DNA of 64,000 nucleotides from the human T2T-CHM13v2.0 reference genome, Homo sapiens. A program made the translations under genes and the position numbers. Every line of letters starts with the position of its first letter. Within the stretch, counting starts at the first letter, position 1. The notes beneath the pieces were generated by a model. That model searched no databases and had not been told where the DNA came from. It was given only the letters and a program-made list of their open reading frames with translations. Positions 26,170-38,335 of the stretch are shown in pieces. The stretch is from the NCBI RefSeq assembly GCF_009914755.1, contig NC_060947.1, one strand, 5' to 3'.

Positions 26170-27680
26170 TTTAATTTCTCTCATCTTTATTTTTATTAAA
26201 AAACAAACAAACAAAAACAAAGTCACCACCAACCACATGACAACTGGCCAGAAAAGGCCTTGCTTCCCTCCCTCCTTTGCGTCCCCTGTGCCTAGTCAGC
26301 AGGGTCAGGGAGGCAGTCGGCAGTGATGTTAGCTTTGCCCAAAGGGAGTATTACAAGAGAGGCTTGGGAAACGGAAGGAAACCTGGACAGGCTTTTCAGC
26401 ATTGAGAAGTCACTTAAAACGGATTTGCTTTCAATAACTGGTATGTCTGAAATGCAGGGATGGAAGACCATGCTGTCAACAATCATAACCCGCTTTTTAC
26501 AGGTTGGCTCCAGGGAGGGTTGGGTCGGAATTGTGTCTTAAGGAAGGAGAATGGTTTCATGAGCTTGCTCAGCTCTCCTGGAACAAAGACGAAGGTGCTA
26601 CATGTTGTTTGTTAGGCTGATACTAGAGTGGGTTTGGGGCTGCAGGTCTGAAGTCCTTGTTAATGCATTTAGTGCTGGTGAGAAGGGTGGGCCCCAGCCT
26701 TGGACGCTGAAGTCCTCTAAAGAGAAGGCAGAGACACAGCCTCAGATCCCCGTCAACTTCCACTGAATAAGGGAGATGGGGAGGAGGTCTCAGCGGTTGG
26801 CCTCCTGCAAGCCCAGATGCCTGCCAGCCTGGGCCTGCTTCCTTAGCGCTGTGAGAGCTTGTGTCTGGTGGGCAGAGAGGACCAAGTGTAGTCCCTGCAG
26901 GGCTGAGTCTGCTCAAGGCTCCCCAGCTTTGGGCTTGCGGGGTGACCCTGCTCTGCTACCCAGTGGCGGCTTCAGCCCCAGGGGGAGCCGTGGCACAGGT
27001 GGTTTAGGCATAGCCGCCAGCCATCTGACTGGTGGCGCATTGCTGCCTACTCCTCGCCAGGCATGGTAGCTGAAGAAGTCGCTCACTCCGTAGGCGATCA
27101 TCACCAAACACGCAAAGAACGAGGTAGCCGCACGCTGGTTATACGGCTGCGTGCCCTTCAGGGACGTCAGGTCAACTGCCGCAGAGCGGGCGATGAAGGC
27201 GGTGACGTAAAGAACGGTGGCACTGACGTTAAACATCATTAACACTAGTGGCCAGGGCACCATGTACAACTTCATGTGCAGCTGAAACAGGTAGAGGGTG
27301 AAGAAGACGATTGTCACCAGCCAGAGGAAGACAGATACGAACATCACCCAGCCATAGGCCGGGTACAGGTGGTACGGGGTGTCTGCAATCAGGGCCCACA
27401 CCAGCAGCCCCAGCACCAGCTGCAGCAGCATGAACGCCCGAGGCGGGAGCGCACGAAGCCCAGGTCCGTGCGCAGCGCCTACACCAAGGCTCCAGCGTCC
27501 TGCGCGGGACTGCTGGTCCGCGTGCTCACTTTTGACGGGAACTCGGCCATGGCGGATCCGCTCGCCTCCCTAGGTCGCTCGGGCCGCCGTCGCCGCCCCT
27601 CCAGTGGTGGGTGCCAGCTCCCGCGCCGCTCTTCCCCGAGGCTCCCTATCCCGCTGCGGCCCAGAGCACTCCAGGAGGCC
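26170..27680 (-). pseudogene. PLLP: Processed pseudogene (retrocopy) of plasmolipin, a MARVEL-domain tetraspan protein
   Basis: Intronless. ATG at 27550 reads MAEFPSKVSTRTSSPAQ..., then ...MLLQLVLGLLVWALIADTPYHLYPAYGWVMFV...; TAG at codon 24 (27479-27481), 1-bp deletions at ~27439 and ~27035, ancestral stop at 27004-27006; ~130-nt 5'UTR, ~830-nt 3'UTR with AATAAA at 26186-26191 and 26192-26197, short A tail; 14-bp TSD gtatgtcttctttt (26156-26169 / 27681-27694) with a TTTT/GA L1-endonuclease-type site. Confidence 0.96.
26913..27431 (-). CDS. Residual 172-aa ORF of the PLLP retrocopy (starts at the parental internal Met; frameshifted novel C-terminus); translation unproven
   Basis: Uninterrupted frame across the four hydrophobic segments; ends GSNAPPVRWLAAMPKPP... 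instead of the recalled parental GSNAATSQMAGGYA. Confidence 0.2.
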   Translation of the reverse strand: MLLQLVLGLLVWALIADTPYHLYPAYGWVMFVSVFLWLVTIVFFTLYLFQLHMKLYMVPWPLVLMMFNVSATVLYVTAFIARSAAVDLTSLKGTQPYNQRAATSFFACLVMIAYGVSDFFSYHAWRGVGSNAPPVRWLAAMPKPPVPRLPLGLKPPLGSRAGSPRKPKAGEP

Positions 27681-27681
27681 G
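27421..27681. promoter_or_regulatory. CpG-island-like segment carried by the retrocopy 5' end
   Basis: About 30 CpGs in 260 bp by hand count, versus strong CpG depletion in the flanking L1 DNA. Confidence 0.6.
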
Positions 27682-27733
27682 TATGTCTTCTTTTGAGAAA
27701 TGTCTATTTATGTTCTTTGCCCACTTTTTAATG

Positions 27734-27737
<4 letters not shown>

Positions 27738-27781
<44 letters not shown>

Positions 27782-27786
27782 TGTGT
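27738..27786. repeat. (TG)n microsatellite, ~21 perfect units
   Basis: Directly visible. Confidence 0.98.
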
Positions 27787-28534
27787 AAACTGTTGTTTGA
27801 GTTCCTTGTATATTCTGGATATTGGTCCCTTGTCAGATGAATAGTTCGCAAATATTTTCTCCCATTAACAGGTTGTCTCTTCATTCTGTTGTTTCCTTTG
27901 CTGTGCAGAAGCTTTTTAGTTTAATATAGTTACATTTGTCTGTTATTATTTTTGTTGTCTGTGCTTTTGAGGTCTTAACTGTGAAATCTTTGCCTAGATC
28001 TATGTCCTAAAGTATTTTCCCTGTTTTCTTCTAGTATTTTTTAAAGTTTCAGTCTTATATTTAAGCCTTTAATTTCTCTTGAGTTGATTTTTGTATATGG
28101 TGAGAGATGGGGATTGAGTTTCATTCTTCTGTATGTGGATATCCAATTTTTCCAATACTATTTAGTGAAGAGGGCGTCCTTTACCCAATGTAGGTTCTTG
28201 GTTCCTTTACCAGAATGGAAGTTTTAATTTTTATATCTTGAGACTCTTGAAAGTCTTCATGTTTTGGTTCAAATACTTTAAACTTGACACAATTTTCCAT
28301 CTTCCATCCTTTTTAACACAATTCTTACAAATTTTAAAATGATATCTGGATAAATTTCTCATAACCTGTCTGACTGCTTGCCCATAATTTTAAGGCCATT
28401 AATATGCTTGGACATGTAAGAAAACTTTAAGATTCACTGTACTTTTAATTTGTTATGTGCGTAGGAATTAAGTGCTTGGGAGGTTTTATTTGTTAGTCAG
28501 ATATATAAGGGGCTTAAAAAGCACATTGAGAGTT

Positions 28535-28650
28535 TATGCCTGTAATCCCAGCTATTAAGAAGGCTGAGGTAGGAGGATTGCTTGAGTCTGGGAGTTTGAG
28601 ACCAGCCTGGGCAACATAACAAAATCCCATCTCAAAAAAGTAAACTAAAA
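28535..28650 (+). mobile_element. FLAM / Alu monomer
   Basis: atgcctgtaatcccagcta...ggaggattgcttgag...gagtttgagaccagcctgggcaacata...catctcaaaaaa. Confidence 0.85.
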
Positions 28651-29247
28651 AAAGTAAATTGAATTATTCTATCCCCTTATGGGCAGTTGAAAATGCAGAA
28701 GGGTACTTAATTAAATGGGACCAAATATCAGTAAAAAATATTTGTGTGATTATTAAACTTTACTAGATTTATAAATAGAATAATACGATTTGTAGGTTGA
28801 ACTTAAAAGCTTAGAATAAACTATGTTTGGAATTTGTATCTGTAATAAATAAGTCACTTATTATAAACCCCCTCACCTGAGAGCAAAACATTTTCTGCAA
28901 ACAAACAAAAAATCTCATGTTATAGATAAAAAACCAACCAACCAAACAAACAAACAAAAAAGAGCCAGTTCCACACCACATAGTAGATAGCTTTGAACCT
29001 GCTCTGAGTTGGGGAATTAGATAATCAAGAGTTTGAGAATACTATGTAGAATAAGGGTAATGGACTCTGATCACAGTTTGAGGAACTCCTAAACAGAGAA
29101 AGAACATGAAATTTAGTGCGTATAAAAGATGTGGTATATTTAGACCGGAAAAATCATCATGAATGTTTGTTAAAAATAGGATCCTGAGTCTGTGATTCTG
29201 ATTCTGTGGATTGGAGGTGGAATTCTGGGAATCCAGAGTGTTTAATA

Positions 29248-29420
29248 CAGTGGTTCTCAAAGGGTGGTCCATGGACCAGCAGCATCAGCATCACCTGGAA
29301 ACTTACTAGAAATGCAAATTATTGGAATCTCCTAATTCCCACTGTGTAAGATTCTCTAAGAATCTGTTTGAACAAGCCCTCTAGTTGACTTTGATGCTCA
29401 CTACAATTTGAGAACCACCA
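29248..29420 (+). mobile_element. MER5A (hAT-Charlie MITE)
   Basis: TIRs cagtggttctcaaa / tttgagaaccacca; internal ggaccagcagcatcagcatcacctgg; 8-bp TSD gtttaata/gtttaaca. Confidence 0.88.
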
Positions 29421-30533
29421 GTTTAACAGATGATTCAGCTGAGTCTTATGATTGGATGAGTTTTTCAAACACTACTGCAGGTGACAGAAAATTCAGGGCT
29501 CAACCTCCTTATTGAAATGGTCAGTTGAAGTTCACAGAATGCGACAGTTTATTGCTAAAGGCATCTTAGGGCAAGTCTTTAGTGGAGGAATCTACAAAAA
29601 CAGCAAATTGTTGAAAATAATTGAGCCCATGGCATGGAATAAGAATTACATATAGTTTACTTTACAGTTAACTTACACATATCAAGTTTAAATGATATTC
29701 AGCAGAGTTCTGAAATTAATCTGTCTATATATATTTTTTTTAACAAAAAGTGGTTTGTCTTGGCCAGATATGTCTGAAAACCTTGCTTCTGTTCAGATTC
29801 TGTCCAAATCTCTCTATTTAGGATTTGTTGATCCTTTTTTGCATTCTTTGTAGTCCTTACCCAGCACTGAGCTGCTATTACTGAATCTGCAGTTAAGGCT
29901 CCCAGCTCCGACTTATATTAAGATATTTCCTCTAATGTTCTTTGCCGATTTGAGCCAGCTATTGCTTAGGAATGGCTTCTCTGTTTGCCTGGCTTAGTAG
30001 CTGTCTCCCTTTCTGAGGAATCTCTGTCTACTGCTTCTCAATGCTGCCAATACTTCCTGGCTTCATGTCCTCTCAACACCATCATTTTTCAGTTTTCAGA
30101 TTGAATATGAGCTAGAAGAAGGTCATCCATTGGGTAGACCCATGGCATTTCCTATTATCACAATGTAGCCTATTGGATGAGGCAGTCTGCTTAATTTTTT
30201 AATGATTTTTTTGTGAATTAATGCAAGTGCATGGCTGTGACAGATTGACTATTTAGAAGCCTTTGAAAATTTCTTCTTGGTTATGTTACATATAATTAAA
30301 ATAGCCATGAACATGGGTGCATCTATTGTACATACTTGCAAAGTATGAAGTTCAGAAGTGCAATGAGATGCTAGAGATAAATCTTGGAAATGCCACTGTT
30401 ATCTGACAATTCATAATTGTGCAAAGGATGAGGAACTCACAAGTAACTGTACTGGAATAAGTAGCAGTTTTTGCAGCATTGCCATTTACTTCCCACATGT
30501 GCTCATTGAACAGGAAGATTGTACTCCTAAGGG

Positions 30534-31080
30534 CAGGCCTGCCCTTAATATTTGCAGAGCCTGAGGCAAGAAGATCAGTGGAGCCCCACTCCCCAAGCCA
30601 TGCAGCCCCTATCTCCTTTTCTTTCCACCTCTGGCTCTATCCTGAACCACTAGGAGCCTTTGGTGGCTATTCTAGACCATGTGACTAAATTCCATCACCC
30701 CTATCACCTCACCCACCAGTCACCCCGTAGCACACAGTTTGCTCTCAGAATAATGGACCCAAAAGACAGAACTGCATAGGTACTGGAAGTGACTTGGAAA
30801 CATTGGGCAGGGAATCGCAGGATCCTGAGATCCAGAGCTGGACCTCGAAGGGGAGGTGTGGGCTTTGAGTGGATGTGGCCCTTGGTCCTATGGATTTCTT
30901 GCCTCATGTGAAGGGCACACTGGAGGAGATATAGTGCAGGGCCTTCTAAACTTTAGAGTCTGACTTGTTTGCCACGATCAGGAATGTGTGATGTAACATG
31001 GCATGAAATAAGTGTAGACTTCTCCATAGGTGAGGGGCCTAGGTGAGGACCCTGGTTGCCCAGGTCTAAGGGTAATACTG
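30534..31080 (-). mobile_element. MER115 (hAT-Tip100) non-autonomous DNA transposon
   Basis: Termini caggcctgcccttaatatttgcagagcctgaggcaaga and ttgcccaggtctaagggtaatactg match the reverse complement of recalled MER115 ends; internal ttgggcagggaat...ggatcc. Confidence 0.75.
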
Positions 31081-31359
31081 GTTATGGAATCCAAAGATGG
31101 AGAAGATTATTTTGTCAGCAAGGGCGTGTCATGATTGTGGGAACTACACCAGATCCCTTACAGTACTCTTTGTCTTGTGTTTAGACGTCTAATTTTTACC
31201 AGTAGCCACAATCAGTTAATGTGGAATCCCAAATCATTATGCTCCCATTTCTCCTCTCTTATATTACCTACACCCACCCTACTGCCGGAATCTCCCATAG
31301 CAATTCGATTTTGCTATTATTTATGCTTTGCAATTTTTAATCAGTCTTTGGAGTTAAAA

Positions 31360-31570
31360 AGTCTCAAAATTCTTTGGGATTTTGAAATGCTTCATAAGGG
31401 AAAAATGAGTTTAGTGGTTAAATAAGTTCAGGGAATTATGCATGTGTCATCTCCCTGGCCTGGTGACTTAAAATATAGCTTAACATATTAAAGGCTCTGA
31501 GAATTTGTGAAGTAAAGAAATCTGTTTCACTTTACTTAACTCATTGATTCCTGCATGTATTTGAAAATAG
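31360..31570. mobile_element. MER103C-like hAT fragment
   Basis: aacatattaaaggctctgagaatttgtgaagtaaagaaatctgtttcacttt motif; a related reverse-oriented copy lies at ~53500-53710. Confidence 0.5.
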
Positions 31571-31949
31571 ACTCCACACCTTTTATGCCAAAGAAATAAT
31601 TATTGGTAGTTTCTGTCTTAAAAAATTAGACTAAGGCTTTCATCCATTCATTTGATACCTATTTATTATACCAGTGACTGGACTAGAAATACGAAGGTAA
31701 ACAAAATAAGACTCTGCTTTGGGGAGCTGTTAATCATTTTACCAGTGTCTTCGTATGTTTATTCCATTTAAGTTAGGGAAAAGCTTAGTTTTGTTTAGGA
31801 ATCTTAGTTCAGTTATAACTTGAGGTCAGCTGCTATTTAGATGCCTGGAGAAATGCTTGCCTGTCAGAGAGTGCCTATTGCTGATTATATTTTCCAGTGT
31901 GCTTTGTATGTGAAATACACCTTTGGATTAGAAAATCAGAGATTCCTTT

Positions 31950-32170
31950 TATCTTGGGTCTGATGTGGGCCATCCCAAACACCCAGGGTACCTTGGGGCT
32001 GATGTAATCCAGTACTCCCTCCCAGGGTGTGTTGGGGGTGCTAATGTGGCCCATTACTACTTCCCAGAATATTTGGGGGCTATTGTGATTTGTCCCAACT
32101 TCCCAAGGTACCTTAGGGCTGCTGTGGCCTATCATTACTTCTCAGGTTACTTTGTAGCCTGTCATTTATC
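31950..32170. repeat. Diverged 39-bp tandem repeat (~5.5 units)
   Basis: Consensus roughly taccttggggctgatgtggcccattactacttcccaggg; units of 39,39,42,39,39 nt. Confidence 0.8.
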
Positions 32171-32458
32171 TTCCAGGGCCTGTACAATGTAAGGATTGAT
32201 GAAGCATTAGAGTTGTTGCTACTTGGAACCATTGCTTTTGTTTTGAAGCACAAGCTCTTTTGGGAGGGTTTCAGAGCTCACTGTACATTTCACATTCTAG
32301 TTGTATCTCACCACTTGTTTACCGCAATCAGGAATGTGTGAGGTAAGTTGGCATGAAATAAGAGTTGCTTGTCTCCATAGGGGTGGTTTTAGGTACAGCC
32401 ATTTTAAAAAGCAGAGAGATGACTGAGTGGCCTCTTGGCATCTCTTCAGTTACAATGA

Positions 32459-32695
32459 CTAGCAGATGCTATTGGTACTCCATCTGTATTTTCTCCACAT
32501 TCATCTCTACCTGCTGAAAGTTGTTACAGGGAACACCTGTGACACTGTCAGAGGGCTTTCTTACCCCTTTGGCTAACAGGGTATACTCAGCCCTTACACA
32601 CAGTAAGCATAAAATGCCAGAGAGTTAATGCTTCTGGAAGCAGCCTTCAACCAATGACAGTGAGTTCTCATTCTTAGGATAACTATAAAGAATGT
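32459..32695 (+). mobile_element. LTR16-like (ERVL) LTR fragment
   Basis: tagcagatgctattggt start; gagttaatgcttctggaagcagccttcaaccaatgac motif. Confidence 0.65.
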
Positions 32696-35600
32696 TCTTT
32701 TATTTATATACTTATCTATTTTTATTGGATATTGATGAATTATAATTATACATATTTATGGGGTACAGTGATGCTGTGATATATGTACATATTGTGGATT
32801 AATTGAATCAAGCTAAATAAAATAGCAATTACCTAAAATACTTATTTTTTCCTCCTGCCTAACTAAAACATTGTCCCCTTGGACCTTTGCTCCCATGCCC
32901 CAGCCTATGGAAATTACAATTCTCCTCTCTGCTTCTATGTGTTCAATTTTTTTTAGCTTCCACATATAAGTGAGAATATGCAGTATTTGTTTTTCTGTGA
33001 CTGGGTTATTTAACTTAGCATAAGGTGCTTCAGGTTCATCCATGTCATCACAAATGACCTAATTTCCCTGTTTTTAAGGCTGAATAGTATTCCATTGTCT
33101 ATATATACCACATTTTCTTTATTCATTCATCAGTTGATGAACACTTAGGTTGATTTCATGACTTGGCCATTGTGAATAATGTTGTAATAAACACGTGAGT
33201 GCAGATATCTCTCTGACATACTGATTTCAAATCCTTTGCATATGTACCTAGAAGTGGTATTGTTGGTTCACATGGTAACTCCATTTTTTAGTTTTTTGAG
33301 GAAACTTCATTGTTTTGCATAATGGCTGTATTAATATACATTCCCACCAACAGTGTACTAGAAGTCCCTTTTCTCCACAATATTTCCAACAGTTGTCATC
33401 TTTTGTCTTTTTAATGGTAGCCATTCTGACAAGTGTCAAATGATATTTCATTGTGATTTTAATTTGCATTTCCCTAATGCCTAGTGATGTTGAGCATTTT
33501 TTTTTTCCATAATACCTGTTGGCCATTTGTATGTCTTCTTTTGAGAAATTTATATTTGGACCCTTTGCCCATCTTTTAAGCAGGTTGTTTGTTTTCTTAC
33601 TATTGAGTTGTTTGAGTTTTTTAAACTTTTTAAAAATATACTTTGGATATTAATGTCTTATCAGATGAGTGGCTTGTAAATATATTCTCTCATTCCATAG
33701 GTTGTCTCCTCAGTCTGTTAACTGTTTCCTTTGCTGTGCAGAAGCTTTTTGGTTTGATGTAATACCATTTGTCTATTTTTGTTTTTGTTGTTTGAGCTTC
33801 GGGGGTCAAATCCAAAAAATCATTGTCCAGACCAATATCATATAATTCCTCCCCCCCACACTGCTTTCTCTTAGTAGTTTTATAGTTTCAGGTATATGTT
33901 TAAGTATTTAATCCATTTTTTGTTGATTTTTGCATATAGTGTGAGGTAAGAGTCCAATCTCATTCTTCTGCATGCAGATATCCAGTTTTTCCAATACCCT
34001 TCATTGAAGAGACTGTCCATCTGCCATTGTGTATTTTTGCCATTTTTGTTGAAAAATCAATTTGCTGTAAATGCCTGGGTTCACTTTTGGGCTTTTTATT
34101 CTGTTCCCTTTATTGATGTGTCTACTTTTATGCCAGTACCATGCTGTTTTAATTACTATTGTTTTGTAATATACTTAGAAGTCAGGCAGTGGGATGCCTC
34201 TAGCTTTTTCCTGTGCAAGATTAGCTTTACTATTTGTGTTTTTTTGTGGTACTATATGAATTTTAGAATTGTTTTTCTATTTTTGTGAAAAATTACATTG
34301 GAATTTTAATAGATTGCATTGACTCTGTAGATAGCTATGGGTGGTAAGGAAATGTTAACAATATTAATTATTTCAATTCATGAGCATCGAATATCTTTTC
34401 ATTTATTTATGTCTTCTTCAATTTCAGTTTAGTAATTTTCAGTGTACAGATCTTTCACTTCCTTGTTTAAATTTATTCCTAAATATTTTATATTTTTGTA
34501 GCAAGTATAAATGGGATTGCTTTCTTAATTTCTTTTTCAGCTAGTGTGCTGTTGGAGTATAGAAATGCTATTGACTTTCGATGTTATATCCTACAGCTTT
34601 ACTGTATTTGTTTATTAGTTCTAACAGTTTTTTTTTATAGTCTTTAGGACTTTCTATACATGAGATCATGTCATTAGCAATCAGCAACAATTTCACTTCT
34701 TCGTTTCCTGTTCGTATGCCTTTTATTTCTTTCTCTTGCCTAATTGCTCTGGCAAGAATTTTCAGTACTATGTTGAATAGAAGTGATGTGAATGGATATC
34801 TTTGTTCTTGATCTTAGAGGAAAAGCTTTCAACTTTTCACTATTGAGTATAATGTCAGCTATCAGATTGTCATGTTAGCTTTTATTATGTGGAAAAATAT
34901 TCCTTCTATACTTAATCTGTTTAGAGTTGTTACTATGAAAGAATGTTGAATTTTGCCAAATGATTTTTTTTTATTTGATGAGATGATTGTATGGTTTTGT
35001 TCTTTGTTCTGTTAATATGTTGTATCACATTTATTGATTTGGTATGTTGAAACATCATTGCACCCCTGAAATAAATCCCATTTGATTATAGTGAATAATT
35101 CTTTTTATATGCTGTAGAATTTTGTTTGCTAGTATTTTTGAGGATTTTTGCATCTATGTTCATCAGGGATATTGTCCTGTAATTTTCTTCTCTTATAATG
35201 TCCTTGTCTGAATTTGGCCTCATAAAAAGAGTTTTGAAGTATTCCCTCCTCTAGTATTTTTTGGAAGAGTTTGAGAATGATTGGTATTAGCTTTCCTAAA
35301 TGTTTGGTAGAATTCAGCAGTGAAGTTATGAGGTCCTGGGCTTTTCTTTGATGGGAGGCATTTGATTACTGATTCAATCCTTTACTTATGTTGGTCTCTT
35401 CATATTTTTTATGTCTGTATAATTCAGTCTTGGCAAATTGTATGTATCTAGGAATTTATCCATTATTTCTACATTATTCAATTTGTTGACACATAAGTAT
35501 TCATAGTAATCTCTTATGGGCATTCATATTTTTGTGGTATCAGTTGTAATTTCCCTTCTTTTACTTCTGATTTTATTGTGTCTTCTCTCTTTTTTTCTTA

Positions 35601-35914
35601 GTTAAGCTAAAGGTTTATCAACTTTGTTTATCTTTCCTAAAAACCAACTCAGCTTTATTGATATTCTCTGCTGTTTTTCTAGTCTCTATTTTATTTATTT
35701 CTACTCTGATCTTTGTTATTTCCTTCCTTCTGCTAACTTTGGGCTTAGTTTTTTGTTCTTTTTTTAGTTTCTTGAGGTGTAATATTATGTTGTTAGGCAT
35801 TTATTGCTATAAATTTTCCTCTTAGAACTGCTTTTGATGCATCCCACAAGTTTTTGTATGTTGTGTTTCCATTATTGTTTTTGTCTCAGGATATTTTTTT
35901 TATTTCCCTTTCTT

Positions 35915-36568
35915 AATTTTAATTTTTATTTGTAAACTTTTATTTTAGGTTCAGGGATATATGTGCAGGTGTGTTATATAGGTAAATTGCATGTCATGGG
36001 AGTTTGGTGTACAGATTATTTCATCAACCAGGTAATAAGCATAGCACCCAATAAGTAGTTTTCAATCCTCACCCTCCTCCCATTTTCCACCCTCAAGTAG
36101 GCCCTGATGTCTGTTGTTCCCTTCTTAGTGTCCATATGTACTCAGTGTTTAGCTCCCACTTATAAGTGAGAGCATGTGGTATTTGGTTTTCTGTTCTAGT
36201 GTTAGTTCACTTAGAGTAATGGCTTCCAATTTTATCCATGTTGTTGCAAAGGACATGATCTCCTTCTGTTTTGTGGCTGTGTAGTATTCCATGGTGTCTA
36301 TGTACCAAATTTAAAAAAAAAATCCAGTCTACCACTGGTGGGCATTCAGGTTGATTCCATGTCTTTGCTATTGTGAATAGTGCTGTGATAAATATATGGG
36401 TGCATGTGCATTTATGGTACAATGGTTTATGTTCCTTAGGGTAAATACCCAATTATGGGATTTCTGGGACAAATGGCAATACTGTTTTAACTTCTTTCAG
36501 AAATTGTGAAACTGCTTTCCACAATGGCTGAACTAATTTATATTCCCACCAGAAGTGTATAAGCATTT
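35915..36568 (-). mobile_element. 5'-truncated L1PA (old L1PA13-16-like) 3' end
   Basis: ttttattttaggttcagggatatatgtgcagg... 3'UTR; host L1 resumes at tttgatttcttctttgaccc. Confidence 0.85.
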
Positions 36569-36717
36569 TGATTTCTTCTTTGACCCATTGGTTATTCAAG
36601 AGCATGTTGTTCAATTTCCACATACTTATGGATTTTCAAAATTTCTCCTCTTATTGGTTTCTAGGTTAATACCGTTGTGGTCAGAAAAGGTAGTTAATAT
36701 GATTTTGATCCTCTTAA

Positions 36718-37185
<468 letters not shown>

Positions 37186-38335
37186 TAACTTTTGTCTAGA
37201 TGATCTGTCCATTGTTGACAGTGGGGTACTGAAGCCCCCTACTATTACTGTATTGCAATTATCTCTCCTTTCAGATCCTTTAACATTTCTTTTCTATGTT
37301 AAGGTGCTCCAATGTTGGGTGTGCATATATTTACAATTGTTATATCCTCTTGATGAATTGATCCCTTAATCATTATATAATGACCATCTTTGTCTCTTTT
37401 TCACTTAAAGTATATTTTGTCTGATACGAGTATAACTACACCTGTTATCCTTTGGTTTTTCATTTACATGGAATATCATTTCCTATCCCCTTACTTTTAG
37501 TCTATATGTGCTCTTCAAGGCAAGGTGAGTCTCTTACAGGTAGTATATAGTTGGGTTTTCTGGCCATTCCATGTCTTCTTATTGAAAAATTTAATTCATT
37601 TACATTAAAAGTAATTCTTTGTTGGTAAGGATTTACTACTACCATTTTGTAATTTGTTTTCTGGTTGTTTTGTATATACTTTGTTTCTTTCTCTTTTGCT
37701 GTCTTGCTTTCTGATTTGATAATTTTCTGTAATGTTATGCTTTGAATCCTTTCTATTTATGTTTTGTACATCTACTGTAGATTCTTGTTTTGTGGTTATC
37801 AAGAGGCTTACATGAAATATCTTATACTTATAACAGGTTATTCCAAGCTAATAACAACTTAACTTTGAGAGCACAAAATAGCTGTATACTTTTACTTCCC
37901 CCCAACATTTTAAGTTTTTGATGTCAAAAAATACACAATTTTGTAATTGGTATCCCAAGACAATTAATTTTTGCTATAGTTATTGTAGTAGAGTTGTCTA
38001 TTAATTATTATACTAGAGATAAAATTGCTTTACAAACCACCAATCCAGAGTATTCTGAATGTGATTTTGTATTAGTTATACTATTGAGTTTTGTACTTTT
38101 GTATGTTTTATGTTATTAATTAGAGGCCTTGGCCTTTAGGTAAAGCTTAAAGAACTCTCTTTAGTAATTTCTGTAAGGCAGGCCTAGTGGGGATGAACTC
38201 CCTCAGCTTTTGTTCGTTTGGGAAGGTTTTCATTTCTTTCTCACTTCTGAAAGTCAGGTTTGTCAGGTAAAGTGTTCTTTGTTGGCAATTATTTTCTATG
38301 AGCACTTTGAATATATCATTCTACTCCTTCCTGTC

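Larger units (their letters stand above)
25265..28215 (-). mobile_element. 5'-truncated L1MA 3' end, host of the PLLP retrocopy
   Basis: Minus-strand ORF2 C-terminus (25725-26153 ...[18 protein letters not shown]...), 3'UTR; resumes at 27681. Confidence 0.9.

Noticed and set aside
27276-27731. 151-aa plus-strand ORF
   Set aside because: Antisense shadow of the GC-rich PLLP retrocopy running into L1; no independent coding evidence
30526-31088. 8-bp TSD for MER115
   Set aside because: Flanks cctaaggg / gttatgga match at only 4 of 8 positions
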